A stretch of 63,028 bases of DNA, filler included, from Lenisia limosa (lineage: Eukaryota > Protista > Breviatea): the NCBI GenBank assembly GCA_001655205.1. It is 9 parts of 9 records of this genome, joined end to end, with 100 filler letters (N's around TTAATTAATTAA, not from the genome) between each part and the next. Parts side by side here need not be neighbours in the genome. Positions count along the whole stretch, not along the records: positions 1 to 3,467 come from LPNZ01007236.1; positions 3,568 to 6,303 come from LPNZ01007787.1; positions 6,404 to 24,364 come from LPNZ01002577.1; 6 more parts are not named here. The stretch is one strand, 5' to 3'. The position numbers and the translations under genes are program-made. The notes under the pieces were generated by a model. The model searched no databases. It had not been told where the DNA came from and was given only the letters and a program-made list of their open reading frames with translations. Below, in pieces: positions 1 to 11,252 of the stretch (its first letter is position 1; the number at the start of each line of letters is the position of its first letter).

Positions 1-1678
1 AGCACCACATCCCATCACTCCAGGACAAAGAGGGGATGGAGGGGGGGTGCATCATGAACATCTAAAACTCAAAGACAAGATAAACACTTCAAATTCTGTT
101 TTTTTTTGATTAACGGGTTTTACTCTTATATGAACCTAGGGAAGCTATAAATACAGGTGACCAGAATAAGCCTTGACCTGTTCTAAGTGATAGCAGTTAT
201 GAGTGATAGGAGTGAAACTCACTGTATATCAGAAAACAATCCTCTCACCAATCTACCCATGCCAAAAACTCTCACCTATTCCCAAAACAACATCCGTTGA
301 CCCCCCCCCCCCNNNNNNNNNNNNNNNNNNNNNNNNNNNNNNNNNNNNNNNNNNNNNNNNNNNNNNNNNNNNNNNNNNNNNNNNNNNNNNNNNNNNNNNN
401 NNNNNNNNNNNNNNNNNNNNNNNNNNNNNNNNNNNNNNNNNNNNNNNNNNNNNNNNNNNNNNNNNNNNCGTATCGGGCTGGATTGGTTAATTTGTTATGT
501 TTAATAAGATGTACTGCTATTTGTAAACCGTACACCTGATTGCATTTTGAGTAAATGTTATGAATTCTGTGAAGTTGTATTGTTAATCCGTAATTGAGCA
601 GCTAAAAAGATATTATTCTTTATGTGGTCATCACCATCTACCCAGAATCATTTTAACAATTAATAAAACTGATAAAAATTCAACAGACATTTGGATTCAT
701 TCATTTGCAATTAGAAGAGCCCCNNNNNNNNNNNNNNNNNNNNNNNNNNNNNNNNNNNNNNNNNNNNNNNNNNNNNNNNNNNNNNNNNNNNNNNNNNNNN
801 NNNNNNNNNNNNNNNNNNNNNNNNNNNNNNNNNNNNNNNNNNNNNNNNNNNNNNNNNNNNNNNNNNNNNNNNNAGAAATGCAAAAATGTTTATTATCATT
901 TAGATAATGGGAGCAACTATGCTAATTTACCCAATCATTTGCCTTTACACTATATAATCTTATTTTACCTTACATCATTACATCAGAGTCGAACTCATTT
1001 TAAACTATAGCAAGAAATCATTGAACATCATAGTATGACGCAAAAAATATCTATGGATAGTACATGAAGAATCAACCACATGTATAAAGGCGCGATACGA
1101 GTTCAATGAAATGTTAAGCTACTAAAAGCCTAATCTACATTTTAGTTTTCGAAAACACACATCAAAGCAATTAAACAGAACGTTCAAAGGGACTAATAAC
1201 CGCTTTTCAATGCAGTGGATGTCAAAAGAGGGGGTTCAATTATGGAATTCAAGTAATGATGATGTCAGGATTTAAAATAAGGCAAAAGATGATAGCACCA
1301 AGACATGAGATCTGGAACCTACAACAAGAAATCTTTGAGATTATAACATTACACGAATAAAGTAGCACCTCAAACTTGGAAGAGTGTGGTGAAGAAAATC
1401 CGAACAAAGTCGATCAGAAACCAAACGAAAAGTCGGACATTTCCGGGGTTATACCAAGGCTGAAGCATTTTCTCCTTCTTTTTTGGAGTTAATTAATAGT
1501 ATACCACTTAAATAAAACTAAGAAAGCTTTCAGCTTAAATTTTTTTGGCCAGACTGAAAACCTGTCTCTGGGTGTTTATATGTTTCCCATTAACGACGTT
1601 CTTTACTAAGCGAGGCTCCTTTTTTGCCGTGGTATTCTTATTATAGCTCGTTGTAAATAGTTTGAGAACATACCAGCA

Positions 1679-3467
1679 ATGAGTCTCCCTGAGATTGCGG
1701 CATCCCAAGATGATCGTTTTAATTTCATCTTGAAGTCCACCTCCGCCGCTTCTGACGCGTATAGTATCGAAACCAAGGCGTCTTGCAACAAACTTGCCTA
1801 CTCATCCAAGCATGACGTTGTTTTCTGGGCCTGTAGCAAACAAAATCAGGCTGGCGTTCGTGCTGCATATGGTCAAGCCTTGATCAGTGGCGATAACCCA
1901 GACAAGTGTGGAACCTTCACTCCCATTGACGTTACAATTCGCGCTATTTCGGTTTCGGCTTGTCAGGAAGTTGCCATTATTGCCACCGATAAGGGGCTCT
2001 ACAAAGTCCATGTTGCTGCTGCAGAGCAGGATAAGGTGGGGGTGAAGAGTGTGAGAGAAGTGGGGTTGATAACCGATGAGAGTCATGGAACAGTTATGAG
2101 GATTGTGGTTGTTATGGTGTTTTTCAAGGAATCTGTTTGTATCCTATGGGATGGGTCACTGGTTTTAAGGGGGTCTTGTGCAATTATATTCTTATTACCA
2201 CCACCACCATTATTTTCTTCATCACACCCCCCCCCCCNNNNNNNNNNNNNNNNNNNNNNNNNNNNNNNNNNNNNNNNNNNNNNNNNNNNNNNNNNNNNNN
2301 NNACCATCACCATCATCATAAACATCATCACCATCATAAACATCATCACCATCACCATCATCATAAACATCATCACCATCACCACCACAACTATCACTGC
2401 CACCATCAGTATCATCACCACCATCATCATCCTTTAGGACACATTGGAGGCGATTACCTTTCCCAATATCCCTGCTGATGTCGATCTGGTCACCTGCTCC
2501 CCTACAACCCCAGGTATGCGGCGTATATTATTTCACTTCGGCCCAAAAAAGACCCTTTTAATATTGATTGTTTTGGGGAATATCGAGCTACTCAGTGCTT
2601 TTCTGAAGTGACATTCCTATTTTGTTTTTGGGAATCCCGTAAATTCTTCATGTTTTCATAAATACATGGGATCACCATGTAAATAATGGCAAATAATTGG
2701 GTGAATTAATATTATACTCTTATCAAGTATCAATTCTAAGCATACAACCTTGTTTTATTCCTCATCTCTATATGATAATATATGTACATAATATATATAA
2801 TTATATATATAATCATATTATGCTGAGAGCTTCCCAATAATCCCAAAAAGACTAAATTCCTGTTATAATTCGATAAATGTAATAGATATTTTAGCAGTGC
2901 TCATTGCAATATTTTCAACCCTCATGATTTAGGCCAAATTGTGGTTGTGGCTCAGAATACCGCCTATCTCTGTGACCTGTCAAAATCCTCTGTCTTTAAA
3001 TTGACCACTGCCTCCACCGGTCTGTTGGGTAAATAAAGCAGAGTTGGGTGTGGGATGAATTGGGTAAAAGAACAATTAAATCGAACAATAATAAACCAAA
3101 GAGAATAACTATGAATATATTATATCATATGATATCATATCTATTATTCATTCAACCTTTTTAATCCTTTACTGTTGTAGCTTGCTGGTCATTGAAAGGC
3201 AAACGTTGTGCTGTCGCTTACGACAATCTGGTATGTACACTTGGTTTTGGATATTGTGTGATGGCTTCGGTAATACTCTATGACTTGTTTTTTTGCTCAC
3301 ATATAAACCTTTATGATGTGATATAATATGCAATATAATTGTGTATTATGTGCACTTTACTCTCCCTCGAAATTTCCTTCATTTTACTCCCAACATTTAC
3401 TTGTTTTTTGTTTGGGGTTTCAGATTATTTGTTTCGTGATTAGTACCTTTACGCCAATATTCTAAAT
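1679..3467 (+). CDS. Nucleoporin Nup214/Nup159-like N-terminal beta-propeller, multi-exon, 3' truncated at spacer gap
   Basis: Exons approx 1679-2035 (MSLPEIAASQ...AAEQDK|gtggg), 2438-2513 (DTLEAITFPNIPADVDLVTCSPTTP), 2933-3018 (GQIVVVAQNTAYLCDLSKSS) and 3181-3230 (ACWSLKGKRCAVAYDNL) splice in frame. CWSLKGKRCAV resembles the Nup214 motif CWSPKGKQLAV. Confidence 0.5.
2303..2432. repeat. (CAT/CAC)n imperfect trinucleotide microsatellite in intron 1 of the Nup214-like gene
   Basis: Directly visible repeat. It explains the poly-His, poly-Ile and poly-Met ORFs in the track. Confidence 0.9.
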
Positions 3468-3511
3468 NNNNNNNNNNNNNNNNNNNNNNNNNNNNNNNNN
3501 NNNNNNNNNNN

Positions 3512-3523
3512 TTAATTAATTAA
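3512..3523. other. Artificial scaffold spacer TTAATTAATTAA; also at 6348, 24409, 28443, 39903, 57229, 59288 and 60929
   Basis: The identical 12-mer, with stops in all six frames, is flanked by 44 N on each side (100 bp total) at all eight sites. Confidence 0.97.
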
Positions 3524-3567
3524 NNNNNNNNNNNNNNNNNNNNNNNNNNNNNNNNNNNNNNNNNNNN

Positions 3568-5802
3568 GCGAGAGTATGTCCGCAAATACCCTGAAATGGG
3601 CCCTCTTTTGGCCTCGCGGGGTGTAGACAATTTCCTCTCCAGTGGGTGGGGATACGAAGAGTACACTTTATATGGCTAGCACGTGATAAAGTCAGACATA
3701 CAGATGAGATGCATATGGCTGGGGTGGCGGGCCTGTCTCATCCGATTCAGTGTTTATTTCCTCTTCTGTTCCCCTAACTCTTCAGTGGTCTTCCGAGACA
3801 ACATGATACATGGAGACCTTCATCCCGGCAACATCCTCATTAGACATAACTTTGATTCGGTGGGTGTTGAGGAGGGGCGATGATGTTATGATGGTGCTTA
3901 TGATGGTGCTTATGATGGTGGTGGTGGAGTATGTGTGTTGTTGCACATTTTGATTACTGTGGAAGGTTTGATGACCTTGCCCATTGCGAAGCACTTCGAT
4001 TAACTCTAAACAGTGATTGTTTCTCACTTGCTTCATAGGCAATAGTTGTTGGATTACCTTCATAATTTAGCCTGAAAATCCCACCACAATCCTAGTTGAC
4101 GTTGGTCTGACCATTTCTCTTTGTGATAGGTTCGCTGGGTCCTTTAATAGTAGCATTTCTCTCCTGTATGATAAAAGGCAAACTGTATTCGGACCGGTTC
4201 GGAGTTGTACACTTCGTGTCATATTGGTTTTCATCCTACCCAATACGTAATCTTTCTATTCGTCTTCATCCGTCACTGCTACTTTGGTCCACTGTTATGA
4301 CTAAATGCGCTGCAGGGACCGGCGGAACTTTGTAGCACTCGTCACCGCTATTTTGGCCTCGGACAGCAAGCAGGCCGCAAGCCTCATGCTTGGTGGGGGT
4401 GACTCAAGGAGAGTCTAAAAATTCGACTTTCATTTAAATTTGGGTGTTTATTCAGTATCATTTTGAGCTGGTTTTCTTCTAAAAAGTAATATTTTCCCGC
4501 CAACAGTTTATTGTTTTACATATCATACAATTATCCCTTTTTCACTCCCAGATCGATCGCGCTCAGCAGCCATGCGGACCGAGTCGGAACGTGAACTGTT
4601 TGTCTCCGAAATGAGCAGCCACCTGGAGGGACTCTCCAATGTATGGTTTGGGTAATAATAGCCAGGAAGGTGGTACTTTGAAAACCATATTTGGTATTCT
4701 TATAGTACATGATATACTATATGATCATATATCATATATTGGTATCCCTATAAATATGTTGATGTTGACAGCTCTGACCAGAGATATTGTTATTTTTCCA
4801 CTTTTAGTAAATCACAAAATATGATTCTCTTGCACACAATATTTTGCTCTCAGGACAAAATATGATTTTCTCTTGCACACAATATTATGCTCCCATCACA
4901 ATAGAAAGCAGCACACAACAATTTGAACACAATAATTGACGGGTCACAGGTGTCACTGTCGAACATCTACTTCTACCCCATTCTCAGCAGAGTGTTCTCT
5001 ACTGTACAGAAGCACAAGGTCATGCTGGAGCCTAACTTCTCCGCTCTCATCGTGGGGGGGGGGGGTTAAAAACACGAGTTTGATNNNNNNNNNNNNNNNN
5101 NNNNNNNNNNNNNNNNNNNNNNNNNNNNNNNNNNNNNNNNNNNNNNNNNNNNNNNNNNNNNNNNNNNNNNNNNNNNNNNNNNNNNNNNNNNNNGGGTATT
5201 GGGTTTGTTTAATCTATTCACGTACACTGAAGTGATGGGATGCGGCGCTGAGCGACTGGCCTGGCAACCCTCGTGTGTTGTCAACCAATAGAGTTGATTT
5301 TGTGCTTTTTTTTTTGTTCCATAAATTATCCAATTTTACTCCCGCAGATGTCGATTATCATTCTGGAAGGCTTTGGCCGAGAGCTGAGCTCAGACCTCAA
5401 TATTCTTGAAGAGGGTTAGTGGGGTGGGTTAAGCTCAAATACCCTTTATTTCTCAAGACCACTTATTTAAAAACCTGTTTGTTATGCAAATGACCCCTCA
5501 GCTCAGAAAGTAGTCTTGTTGAAAGTCCCTCTGTGGGNNNNNNNNNNNNNNNNNNNNNNNNNNNNNNNNNNNNNNNNNNNNNNNNNNNNNNNNNNNNNNN
5601 NNNNNNNNNNNNNNNNNNNNNNNNNNNNNNNNNNNNNNNNNNNCTTTCGTTTTAAGGGGATTGCTTCTCAATTTCCCGAATAGATGGACTTCATTTCCTT
5701 TGCTAGATAGAGTGTCTTGCTATCAAGTCACCCATGTAGGTCTTACTGGATGCGTTGAAGGAGCGACAAGGTCTCGTGAAACGCCTCCTTTACAGCTTCT
5801 AA
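3568..5802 (+). CDS. ABC1/UbiB atypical kinase (ADCK2/Cqd1-like), C-terminal half, multi-exon, 5' truncated
   Basis: Exons encode GPLLASRGVDNFL, VFRDNMIHGDLHPGNILIRH, DVGLTISLCD-RDRRNFVALVTAILASDSKQAASLML, DRSR...ELFVSEM, ILSRVFSTVQKHKVMLEPNFSALI and MSIIILEGFGRELSSDLNILEE. HGDLHPGN is the ABC1 catalytic loop. The final exon (5740-5802) is tentative. Confidence 0.85.
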
Positions 5803-6201
5803 ACACCCAACTTAGTTTGTTTCCCCTTTTTCCTCATGTGTGATGAGTTTCAATGTAACTAATGTGCCCTGTTTCATCATGGAAAATACCAACTCGATAT
5901 CACAACAAATTCAACTAGTTATTTCGGAACTTCTCTTTGCGATATCAAAAATGCTAATTGCTGAGCTCATCGATGCGCATAGACTCATTCATTTACTTGC
6001 AACTCCGAAACAGCACTTCGTTCTCACTTTTAGGCCAAAACGATTACAGAACTTGTACCTCTTTACACGCGAAGCAACAGTAATACCTAAAAATGAATAT
6101 AAACCTGTCCATCTATTGCTGCTCCTCAAAGTTCTGCTCGGAGAGAAGGGCGGAAACAGAAGCTGTAACAGTGAAACGAGAACAGGAAGATAGGGCTGAC
6201 A

Positions 6202-8184
6202 ATGGATCCTAAAAAGACTCTCTCCTCCCGCACCGGAAAGATCGTCATTGATGCCGAAGAGCTGGAACTCCTTCAGACCGGTCAGCTCAAGCTTGCTCTT
6301 CTTNNNNNNNNNNNNNNNNNNNNNNNNNNNNNNNNNNNNNNNNNNNNTTAATTAATTAANNNNNNNNNNNNNNNNNNNNNNNNNNNNNNNNNNNNNNNNN
6401 NNNCAAGCAATAACAAACACGAGCAACCAACGCTAAAACTAGACAAAAGCCAGATGACAAAAAACACAAAAACAAAAACAAGCCCGAGCCAGTCTTTGAA
6501 GAGTCCCACTACCGTTCGATCACGTAATGTTAGGACTTTTCTTTTTTTCTTATTTTCCAGTTTCCTCCTGGTCATGCTGCCGGGTTCAATCCCAGTCTTC
6601 TAAATGCTGGTATGTTGAAACTGAACAATTTATGTTTTTTTATCTTTGCTTGGTTGACAACCATCAGGAGAGTCCGCAACACTCAGTGCCGAGTGGATCC
6701 ATGTTGGCGACATCCTGGAGATCTTCGCAAGTCCAGCCCCGGCCGTCGCAATGACTTGTGCTTTCCGAGAGGAGATGGCTACAGGCTTATTTCAAAACTG
6801 CCGTCTGAGTGATGCAACCCGCGCCGTTCTTGAGGGAAACTCCGTGGTCGCTTTGATGCACGGGTTTGAGGGACAGTTGTTATTCAATGACTCCTTCATA
6901 GTTAATCATGATTATGGGATTACATTGTCATATCATATATCATATAAGATAATATATGATATATCATATATATCTGTATATCATATCATCTACATTGTGC
7001 GTTACCACTCGCCTTGCCACATTCATAATATATAGCTGGGTGACTCTATCGGACCCCTTGGAAGAGATTGTGAGGTGGCTAGACCTGCGACCCGATATTG
7101 CCCCCTCGCAACCTTCTCCTGTTGTCCCTGCCATGAGCCCCTTCCCCACTCCCTCTGTCAAACAGTCCTTTGCATTGCCATCTAAGCCTCCTGTTACGCC
7201 GTTAGCGACGTCCTTTATGACCCCTATGGTATGTTAAGGAAAACAGGTTTCCAATGATAGTTTTGGAATTGGTCTGTTTGTCATTCTTCAATATTTTGTC
7301 TGCATTTCATGATCGTAGCCCGGCCGAAAGAGGGCTCCAGCCAGATCAGTTGAACTACCATCACCTTTCCCCTCTGAGCCCTCAAGCAAGACTCCGGGAA
7401 TGGATTTCGGCTCGTTGTTTGACGACAGTGACACAGATATGTCGCCCTACAAGCCGGTTGCGATCGAGTCGTTTGTGTCCATGCAGCCTGCTTCAAGTGT
7501 TGGCTTTTTCGAATGATGTTGTCTTTTGGGTTTTATGTCACTCATTCGTGTCCTTCTACGAGCACACTTAGCCAGCCTTCCACATGATGTTGATATCGCA
7601 ACAGACCCATGTCCCAACAGATTGGTTGTCCATAATCCTTTAAAGGTGCCCCAAGAGACGGCAGCTGCTGATACCGGGTTCCAGTTCCAATGGGAGCCGT
7701 CTTCCGATGACGAGGCTCCTGTCCCAATCGAACCCATCCCTAAGCCCATTGCTGACCTCTCTCGCCAGGAAACAGTGTCAATGGCCTCCCCAGCTGAGGT
7801 ACCGAAACCATCGTCATCGGTGCGTTGTAATCCAAGGGACATGTCGTTTTACTTGGTGAATTCTAACCATTCAGACAAATTTCGATGATATGTTTCACAC
7901 AGACAGTGATGAGGAATTTGTCCTAGCAGTGTCACAAAACAGTGCAAGTGTGAATCCTCCGAGCCAACCACAGCTGCAGCAGCAGCAATGTGCAACCCCT
8001 TTCCAAATCATTACGGGTCTGCTGGCTACTTTTTCATGTTGTTATATTTAGAAAATCTCTTTGTGAAGATATAATGTGTTTTTGTTTTCACCAATTAGAG
8101 CAATATCCGTCACAGCCACCTCCAAACATGATTCCACAGCAGAGAATACCTCAACAGGTGCATCCACCACCTAATCAGGTTTGA
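6202..8184 (+). CDS. Uncharacterised multi-exon protein with a Pro/Ser/Gln-rich C-terminal half
   Basis: ATG at 6202 (MDPKKTLSSRTGKIVIDAEELELL). Exons include GESATLSAEWIHVGDILEIF...VLEGNSVVALMHGFEG and WVTLSDPLEEIVRWLDLRPD, then Pro-rich exons ending QVHPPPNQV*. A spacer at 6348 interrupts it, so the first exon may not belong to the rest. Confidence 0.55.
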
Positions 8185-8318
8185 TTCTTAGGGGCTCCAT
8201 TTAATTTTTGAAGAAATAGCTTTCTCATGACCCCCCTCCCACTCCTTTTATATTCCTGAACAAGCTATTATTCTCTCTGTTTTTGCGAAGCATTTCATTA
8301 GTGAGATAAATCAATTTT

Positions 8319-10969
8319 CTAATTTTGTGAGGTGGTCAGCCAGGCGAAGTCTTTTGACCCGCTCATGGACGAGGAAATTGAATGGTAGCTGCTTAGGTCT
8401 TTTGTAATTATGTACATTATATGTATGAATATAACTGTGTTAAATAGCAAAGAATGAAATACATACCAAGAAGATGGGGGACCATATGTCAAAAACGAAA
8501 GAAAATTAATGAACCTTAGCGGCTTCGATCTCACTGGCTTCACAGCACCCCTCCTCGGGTTGGGGTGGGTCAACATCAAAAACTCTACAGTTGTCAGCAA
8601 AACCTCATAACAGTAAATGAAAAAACACCATGGTACTCACCGAACGTCCACGCTTTTAGATCGGAAGTAGCTGTAGGCGTTATCAAAGACAAGGCGGTAG
8701 CACTTTTTCTCCTCTGTTACAATGCTACCCTAAATGATGAGCAAGGCACGGACTGATGAACGTTCAAAAACGCCCAACTTACTTCGATCAGTCCTTGGCT
8801 GGCCGACATTTTAGCCGACTCTATCACAACGGTTTCCTCGTCGTTTTCGACAGTCACCACTCCGAAGCCAATGTCCTTATCGACCACGGTAAACTCCCAG
8901 CCAATTTTCTGCATTGTGAGTGGAAACGCTGTAAACTGTGAAAGCCCCAGTTAAAATGAAAGTTCGTGAATGGGAAAAATAATATTTCAGATGTGACCAA
9001 CACTTTCAAACACATACAGCCAGATCATCAATGAGAATAGTTGTGTGCATTCAGGTTGCAAGTACCATATGATATACATTCATGTATAAGCTCATCACTA
9101 GTCTAACAAACCATTCCGGTGCGAGGGGGCAGAATGTCAAGCGTGCCCTGTTCTCCTGATTTGACATCGATACGTGTGAACTCACTGCTTGTTAGAAACG
9201 CCCAACTGCATTTGTATACATGTGTTACACCTGTACTTAACTACAAAAAATAATAATAATAATAAAAAAATCTAAATAAGAAATAACGTAACTGCCTTCC
9301 ACGCCAGGTTATGTTGATTTGAGTTTGATCAGCCCTTTGCACCTAACTCTCCCGCCGTAAACCATTTCAGCTTAAGGATGTTTATTTTACGCGAAAAAAA
9401 TATCACAATCTTAAATCCCCAAGCCACCTCTCTTCCTTTGCCACCAGGACCTCTTGACGAGAACGAACAAAGAAGGGAGACGAGTCAACCACCTCCCAGA
9501 GGCTGTCAAGATAGAGGCTCAGATGGATCTCCATGACGTCACATCCGGACTCCAAGATGTCCAGAATCGTGCGCACCCTGAACAATAAGCATACTTTTGC
9601 ATAGTTTGGTCAAGGGTGGTATGAATTGTGAGACACTATTTCCACCCCTCTACTGATTTAGTCAACCACCCAGCCCCCCAAAGTTTACGAGTTATCAGCG
9701 TCGTTCCACTCAAGGCTCGGCAAAAGGTGTACAAGGACCAAGATAACTTGAGCCATCATGCAGCCAAGGTTGCGGAGAAGGTAGAGGTTGGGGGCGTACT
9801 GCAGAGTAAAGAAAGGAGTTTTCGCGATTGGGTAGGACAAAATCACAGCCAGCACCCCCCACTCTGCAGCGCATTTCTTCCATTGGACCGTCGGGGTGAT
9901 TGATAGTCTTCACGAAGTCCAGCAGAACCTAACAGGTCATTCCGAGTTGAGAGTGCCAATCCTAGCTACCCCGCCGCTAAGGCAGCCACTAACCTGCGGC
10001 ACTCCTCCCATAAACTTCAGCGAGAACTTGTACATTCCGGTGGCGTTGCCGAAGTCAACCAGCTGCTGCCGTCTGCGGGGTCAGGTTATGAGGAGTGACC
10101 GGGATAACAACCTTCTCATCTGCTGGTCCCAAAGGAGGTCATATTTCTCGGCCTTGGTCCCTCCATTCTTCAGAAGATTTTCGATCTCTTGTGTGTTCTT
10201 TTTCTAAATGGTCAATGGCGTCCCCATATTCCGCTAAATGCTGACAATGCCCACAAACCTCTGATTTGGCTCTTTGTGATTGCATTAAACGGGCACGCCA
10301 ATCTTGGGGCAAAAACGAGTTAACTATACCGTAAATCAATTTCAATCCATCTGTAACTTTGGTACACTCGAAATCTACCCTACCCATGACTTCGACCTTC
10401 TTAACGTTCTTGTCTTGCCACTCTGCAACCTTGTCGAAAAACCGGTTGAAAGAGGTGCACATAGTTTGGAGACGTTTGACTGGAATGCCAATTAGCCAGG
10501 GGAAAAATCATGGTATTACGGATATATTATTCCCAAAACACCAACCTTCTTCATCAACATTTGAGACATTCTTGTCCTTGAGGTAGGACTAATGGTGTGA
10601 GAAGGGAAGCGCATATCAATGACCCAACCTCGATAGAAGGGATCGCATCAGATAAAGCATTGTTACTGGTCTCAAAGAACTGTCGAAGACGCCAATTGTT
10701 TTCATCGATTCTCCATGGCTCTTTCTCGCCTGAGGTGAAGGCAAGCGGTTGGATGATCTCAGAAACTCCTAATACGTGAGATATTACAATATGGAATGGG
10801 AAAATACCCTCATACCGGAACAGGACTCGACTTTCGCAATAATGTCTTGAAATTTGGCAGTAGTTTGCTCTACAACCGGGTCCATAGGGTCCATTGGGTA
10901 TTTATCATAATGAGACTTGAGAAAATCGCGAGTAATAGGCTTTAGGTTATTCAATTCGGACTTCTTCAT
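8319..10969 (-). CDS. GOLD-domain protein of the plant At5g01010-like family
   Basis: N-terminus LKPITRDFLKSHYDKYP; WRIDENNW; FLPQDWRARLMQSQRAKSE; YDLLWDQQMRRRQQLVDFGNATGMYK; GVPQVLLDFVKTINHPDGPMEE. C-terminal GOLD elements IGWEFTVVDKDIGFGV and YRLVFDNAYSYFRSKSV. Canonical introns throughout. Confidence 0.75.
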
Positions 10970-11252
10970 TTTTGTACAATTTCTGCTTCCTTTGTTGGTT
11001 GATATATACTTAAGAGTTCAACATTAATTGGTAAATCGATGCTGAAGATTTTTGATTTTCGTGTTTCCAAAGTTCCAGATGTATGGATAACAAAAATAAT
11101 ACATGGGGAATCCTACCCACTATAACTTCTTTTTTTAAACAATAACGGCTTTTTTGGGTCGAAAAGAAACCAAATAGAGCTAAATGAAGAAGTAAACACG
11201 TAAGAAAGTTAAATAAAGCCCGATTGGAAATAGTTGACCGTTCCTGCTCGCT
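10970..11252. promoter_or_regulatory. Probable bidirectional promoter between the GOLD-domain gene and IFT52
   Basis: The two ATGs diverge and are only 283 bp apart, with an AT-rich spacer. Confidence 0.5.

Noticed and set aside
1-1470. Minus-strand gene divergent from the Nup214-like gene
   Set aside because: Some AG/GT-bounded segments exist, but gaps and the lack of homology prevent a supportable model.
2083-2478. Poly-His or poly-Met metal-binding protein ORFs
   Set aside because: They are translations of an intronic (CAT/CAC)n microsatellite. The flanking exons splice in frame without it.
3512-3523. TTAATTAATTAA as a biological repeat or CRISPR-like element
   Set aside because: It always sits at the centre of 44+44 N and is a six-frame stop linker, so it is an assembly artefact.
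6490-6850. Divergent kinesin motor
   Set aside because: There is no P-loop, SSRSH or DLAGSE motif. The FDHVF-like reading would need a non-canonical intron.
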